Under the pieces are notes generated by a model. It was not told where the DNA came from and searched no databases. It saw only the letters and a list, made by a program, of their open reading frames with translations. Shown here one piece after another: positions 46,908 to 50,882 of a stretch of DNA of 50,882 nucleotides. This stretch comes from Chiloscyllium plagiosum (Eukaryota). The position numbers were made by a program, and so were the translations under genes. How positions within the stretch are numbered: the first letter of the stretch is position 1; each line of letters opens with the position of its first letter. The stretch spans positions 891,115 through 941,996 of the forward strand of contig NC_057750.1 of the NCBI RefSeq assembly GCF_004010195.1, in the 5' to 3' direction.

Positions 46908-47010
46908 TTCATGATTTGGAGGTGCCGGTGTTGGACTGGGGTGTACAAAGTTAAAAATCACACAACACCAGGTTATAGTCCAACAGGTTTATTTGGAAGC
47001 ACACTAGCTA
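46908..47010 (-). mobile_element. Family C PLE 3' terminus, truncated at HHR stem III
   Basis: TTCATGATTTGGAGGTGCCGGTGTTGGACTGGGGTGTACAAAGTTAAAAATCACACAACACCAGG...CACTAGCT. Confidence 0.8.
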
Positions 47011-47229
47011 TAGAGAGCTACTGCAGGCTGCAGAGGGTTACTTTCATGCTATTGCACTGATTTGGAATTAGCATCCCAGGTGCACGGCTCAATTAACTTT
47101 GGTGATTTTTAAAAATTGATTTTAATTGACCTTCTCTGATACTCACTTCCAATACAGGTGGGAACTTGAAGCGATTTTCGCTAACTCAGTTGTGAAGGCA
47201 TTTGCACTATCCTCTCGGGCTCCCTAAGA

Positions 47230-47390
47230 CCAGCGTCTCTGACAGAGCAGCACTCTGTACTGGAGCACCGAGGCCATTATTGGAGTGTGTGCTGTGATTT
47301 CCAGGATTAACTCCTGTAGGACTTAAACCCATAATCTCTACCTCAAAGGCAAGTGTACGACCATCTGAAACACAGCTGAGGTGTGTACTG
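47230..47390 (-). mobile_element. Old Deu-type SINE head relic
   Basis: GACAGAGCAGCACTC...GGACTTAAACCCATAA..CTCAAAGGCAAGTG...CACAGCTGA. Confidence 0.5.
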
Positions 47391-48146
47391 TTCACTCGAG
47401 AAGGACATTACTTAACATCCCTGGACTGTTTGATTAGAAACTATCCTCAGTTTGTTTGTCCGGGGGTTGGTAGTGTCTCCACCTCTGAGCCAGGAAGACT
47501 AGGTTCAAATGCCAACTGCTCCCGAGGTGTGTTATAATATTGCTAAACAGGTCAATCAATGAGAATACCGATAAAAAGGATTGATTTGAGGTGTCTACTG
47601 GGATGGTTCAGGCAATGCACTCTCCCCAAAAACACAAAGTTTGAATTTTGTAAGTGTGATTTGTTACAATCCCACTGTAAACTGCTGTTAATTTAGTTCA
47701 ATCGGTTGATTTGCTGTTAATTAAAAGTCACGCAAGAATAGACTGCAGGAGCTTGTGGAGCAATGGTACTGCTCTCCTCAAGATCAGCAAAGGCAGGTTC
47801 AAGCAATACCCATCCCAGAGCATCCCTGAACTGGCAGATTTAAAATATAAAGACATACTGTTAAGACACTAGGTTAAACAGGTGGGAGCCAGACAGATCA
47901 AATGCTGCATTGTACAAATCAATCCAAAAAATCATTCATGCGTCGTTTCACCAACTGTCTTTGGATCATTCTGCAACTGCATCCAATTGGTTTGAATAGC
48001 TGTACCTGATCTGTGTGTAAATATCAGTTTTAAAGTTCAGAGACAGAAGTGTGGAATAAACTTGCTGAATAATTGATTTCTACGATAGCTTTAAAGCTGC
48101 AAGAAGCCTTGTGAAAATAGAATTAATCATCTTGAAAATCTATAAC

Positions 48147-48375
48147 TTTTTCACACAGAGGGTGGTGTGTACATGGAACAACTGCCAGCAGAAGTGGCGG
48201 AGGCTGGTACAATTACAGTATTTAAAGGGCATCGGGATGGGTATATGAATAGGAAGGGTTTAGAGGGATATGGGCCGGGTGCTGGCAGGTGGGACTAGGT
48301 CAGTTTGGAATGTCTGATTGGTGCAGATGAGTTGAACTGAAGGGTCTGTTTCCGTGTTGGATGAGTCTATGATTC
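48147..48375 (+). mobile_element. CR1/HER1-type LINE 3' end
   Basis: FFTQRVVCTWNKLPAEVAEAG plus 3' UTR. Confidence 0.85.
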
Positions 48376-48849
48376 TTATTATCTTAGGCATTATAAACCT
48401 GTTTACTAAAGATTGGAAAGCCATGGGGATTTGATGGCAGGTGAGACCATCCTTCTCTCCACTGAAGAATGTTTCTCCCCTTGGTTCCATTTCATACATG
48501 TTCAATCCCTGACCTTTCCAGAAAGAGAGAGAGAGAGAGAGAGAAGCTCCTGCGATAGGAGTGTGTTTGTAGGGTCTCTCACTGTCTGTGTAAACATCTC
48601 AGAAAAATGGGCAATGGACATCTGAATGTATAAAGTGTACACGGATTATTACCCATTACCCATTCTGTCAATAGCAAGCATTGACACTGAGCTCTGTATG
48701 TCTGAGTGTTGGTCGGATCAGAATACTCACTGCCATTTATTTCCTAATTCTGTTTTGTTTAACTATCTCCATCTTCTCGGACTCTTCCACTCCCCGGAAC
48801 AATCCAGTGTGAGATTATAATTTGATCAAAATTACAGAGCGATGTTAGG

Positions 48850-49075
48850 AAACAGCTCTTCATGTGAAGGGAGTGGAAACCTAGAACTCTGTTTTTACCA
48901 AACCCTGACATCTCCAACAGATTGAGGTGACAACCCTTAGACTGAGATCGATAGATTTAGGTTGGATGAAGGTATCAGGACTTGGGGAATCAGAGCAGGC
49001 AGATGGTGGTCAGATACAGATACTAAAATGGTGGGCTAGACCTGAGGGGGCTGAATGGCCTCCTTCTGTTCCTTC
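48850..49075 (+). mobile_element. Old CR1 3' fragment
   Basis: AGACTGAGATCGATAGATTT...GAGGGGGCTGAATGGCCTCCTTCTGTTCC. Confidence 0.6.
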
Positions 49076-49839
49076 CCTCTCTTTTTCCCTCCTCTTCGCA
49101 AACCTCACCTTGTCCTTGAATGTTACATGGGATAAAGTGACACTTTACAGAGTAAAGGATATGAACTTGTTGAGCGAATAGTTTCAACTTTGGATGGATT
49201 CATCTCTGAATATTTTTCTGCCTTTTCCCCCTTCACTCACTGCCCAGTGGACAAGACACTGGGCAGTGAGAAGATGAGTGCTTTAAATTTCAGGCAGCTC
49301 TTTTTGATAGTATAATCTCATTGGTGGGAAGATGAGACAGAGTTGATGAAAAATAATAACATTTATTGACAAGGAACTAGTCAACTGTGTAGCTGGCATC
49401 TGTTTGGTTCATAGAGATGCAGAATGAGGAACCTCCAGAGTTTTAGCCAATTCACTGACAGAAAATATGGCTTTTTTGCAATGCTGTGACAGGAAAACTG
49501 AAACTTTTCTGGAGGTAGACAAGTCTTAGTGGTACCTCCAGAGGGCACCACATCGCTCAATATGTAAATGAGGGTTAAGCCTCATCCTGGAAATACGGGG
49601 CCTTACAATCGCACCCAGGCAATTGGTTTTGGTGATAGATTTCTCACCCTGCTGACTGCCTTCTTCAAACTTTGTTTAATTCTGTGAGACCTCTTCATTG
49701 ACACAGAATGAAGCTCTCCGGCATCTCATACAAACAGCCATTCTTCATCACGATCCTAGCCTGTGTGGGCCAGGCTACTCAACCACATGGGGCCTCACAA
49801 TTAAGCTACATTATGGCCAATCAGACTTCCACACACACA

Positions 49840-50266
49840 TTACAAGCAACAATTTGATTTTAGATAGTCAACATAGTTTCATCAAGGACAGGTAGTGTCT
49901 CACAAACCGCATTGAGTTTTTTGAGAAGGTGACCAAGCATGTAGATGAGGGTAGGGCTGTTGATGTGGTGTACATGGACTTCGGTAAAGCCTTTGATAAG
50001 GTTCCACATGGTAGGCTGATGGAGAAAATGCAGAGCTATGGGATTGAGGGTGATTTAGCAGTTTGGATTAGAAACTGGCTTTCTGAAAGAAGGCAGCGAG
50101 TGGTGGTTGATGGAAAATATTCAGTCTGGAGTCCGGTTACTAGTGGTGTGTCACAAGGATCTGTTTTGGGACCACTGCTGTTTGTCACTTTTATAAATGA
50201 CTCTGATGCAGGCATAGGTGGATGGATTAGTAAATTTGCAGATGACACTAAAGTCGGTGGAGTAGT
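49840..50266 (+). mobile_element. CR1 RT fragment, interrupted by a PLE
   Basis: VDVVYMDFGKAFDKVPHGRL...QGSVLGPLLF...KFADDTKVGGVV, then an abrupt switch. Confidence 0.9.
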
Positions 50267-50882
50267 TGTAAGGTTTGTGAAGGTTTGTAGCTCAGGTTGA
50301 GGTTTAGGGTGTAGCTTTGCTCGCTGAGCTGTAGGTTTGATACCCAGACGTTTCATTACCTGGCTAGGTAACATCATCAGTGGTGACCTCCAAGTGAAGC
50401 AAAGCTGTTGTCTCCTGCTTTCTATTTATATGTTTGTCCTGGATGGGGTTCCTGGGGTTCGTGGTGATGTCATTTCCTGTTCGTTTTCTGAGGGGTTAAT
50501 AGGTGGTATCTAGATCTATGTGTTTGTTTATGGCGTTGTGGTTGGAGTGCCAGGCCTCTAGGAATTCTCTGGCATGACTTTGCTTAGCCTGTCCCAGGAT
50601 AGATGTGTTGTCCCAGTCGAATTGGTGGTTTTTTCATCCATGTGTAGGGCTACAAGGGAGAGAGGGTCGTGTCTTTTTGTGGCTAGCTGGTGTTCGTGTA
50701 TCCTGGTGGCTAACTTTCTTCCTGTTTGTCCTACGTAGTGTTTGTGGCAGCTCTTGCATGGAATTTTGTAGATGACGTTGGTTTTGTCCATGGGTTGTAC
50801 TGGGTCTTTTAAGTTTGTTATTTTTGTTTGAGAGTGTTGGTGGGTTTGTGTGCTACTAGGATTCCGAAGGGTCTTAGTAGTC
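50267..50882 (-). mobile_element. Penelope-like element (Penelope/Poseidon type): GIY-YIG endonuclease plus 3' pLTR; continues beyond the window
   Basis: ORF 50558-50791 NVIYKIPCKSCHKHYVGQTGRKLATRIHEH is a PLE GIY-YIG domain; minus-strand TATAAATAG at 50422-50430; HHR downstream. Confidence 0.93.
50339..50388 (-). ncRNA. Minimal type I hammerhead ribozyme, best-preserved copy
   Basis: GGTCACCA-CTGATGA-T-GTTACC-TAGCCA-GGTAAT-GAAAC-GTC-TGGGTATC: stem I CCA/TGG, 6-bp stem II, GUC triplet. Confidence 0.8.

Overview
Eukaryotic, repeat-dense, apparently non-coding (intronic or intergenic) vertebrate DNA. The repeat repertoire points to a cartilaginous fish, most likely a shark (inference). It includes HE1-type tRNA SINEs with their partner CR1/HER1-type LINEs, Deu-domain-like SINE relics, a second tRNA SINE/LINE pair, L2 and Rex1/Babar LINEs, solo LTRs and Penelope-like elements (PLEs). 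I could not support any host protein-coding gene: every recognisable ORF is a decayed retroelement fragment (RT or GIY-YIG) or its antisense shadow. There is one 660-N assembly gap (33104-33763). The most striking structure is a dense population (about 20 copies, three short families plus two GIY-YIG-linked ends) of small PLE-derived inserts carrying minimal type I hammerhead ribozyme (HHR) cores: CTGANGA-N-stem II-GAAA with a palindromic ACGT/AGCT stem III. Most of the short inserts begin at or within a few nucleotides of the HHR core, many have 7-17 bp target-site duplications (TSDs) that overlap the element end, and six are head-to-head fold-back palindromes whose turn lies at the HHR. Element boundaries were read by eye and are approximate unless a TSD is quoted. 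Family names come from recalled consensus similarity, not from a database search.
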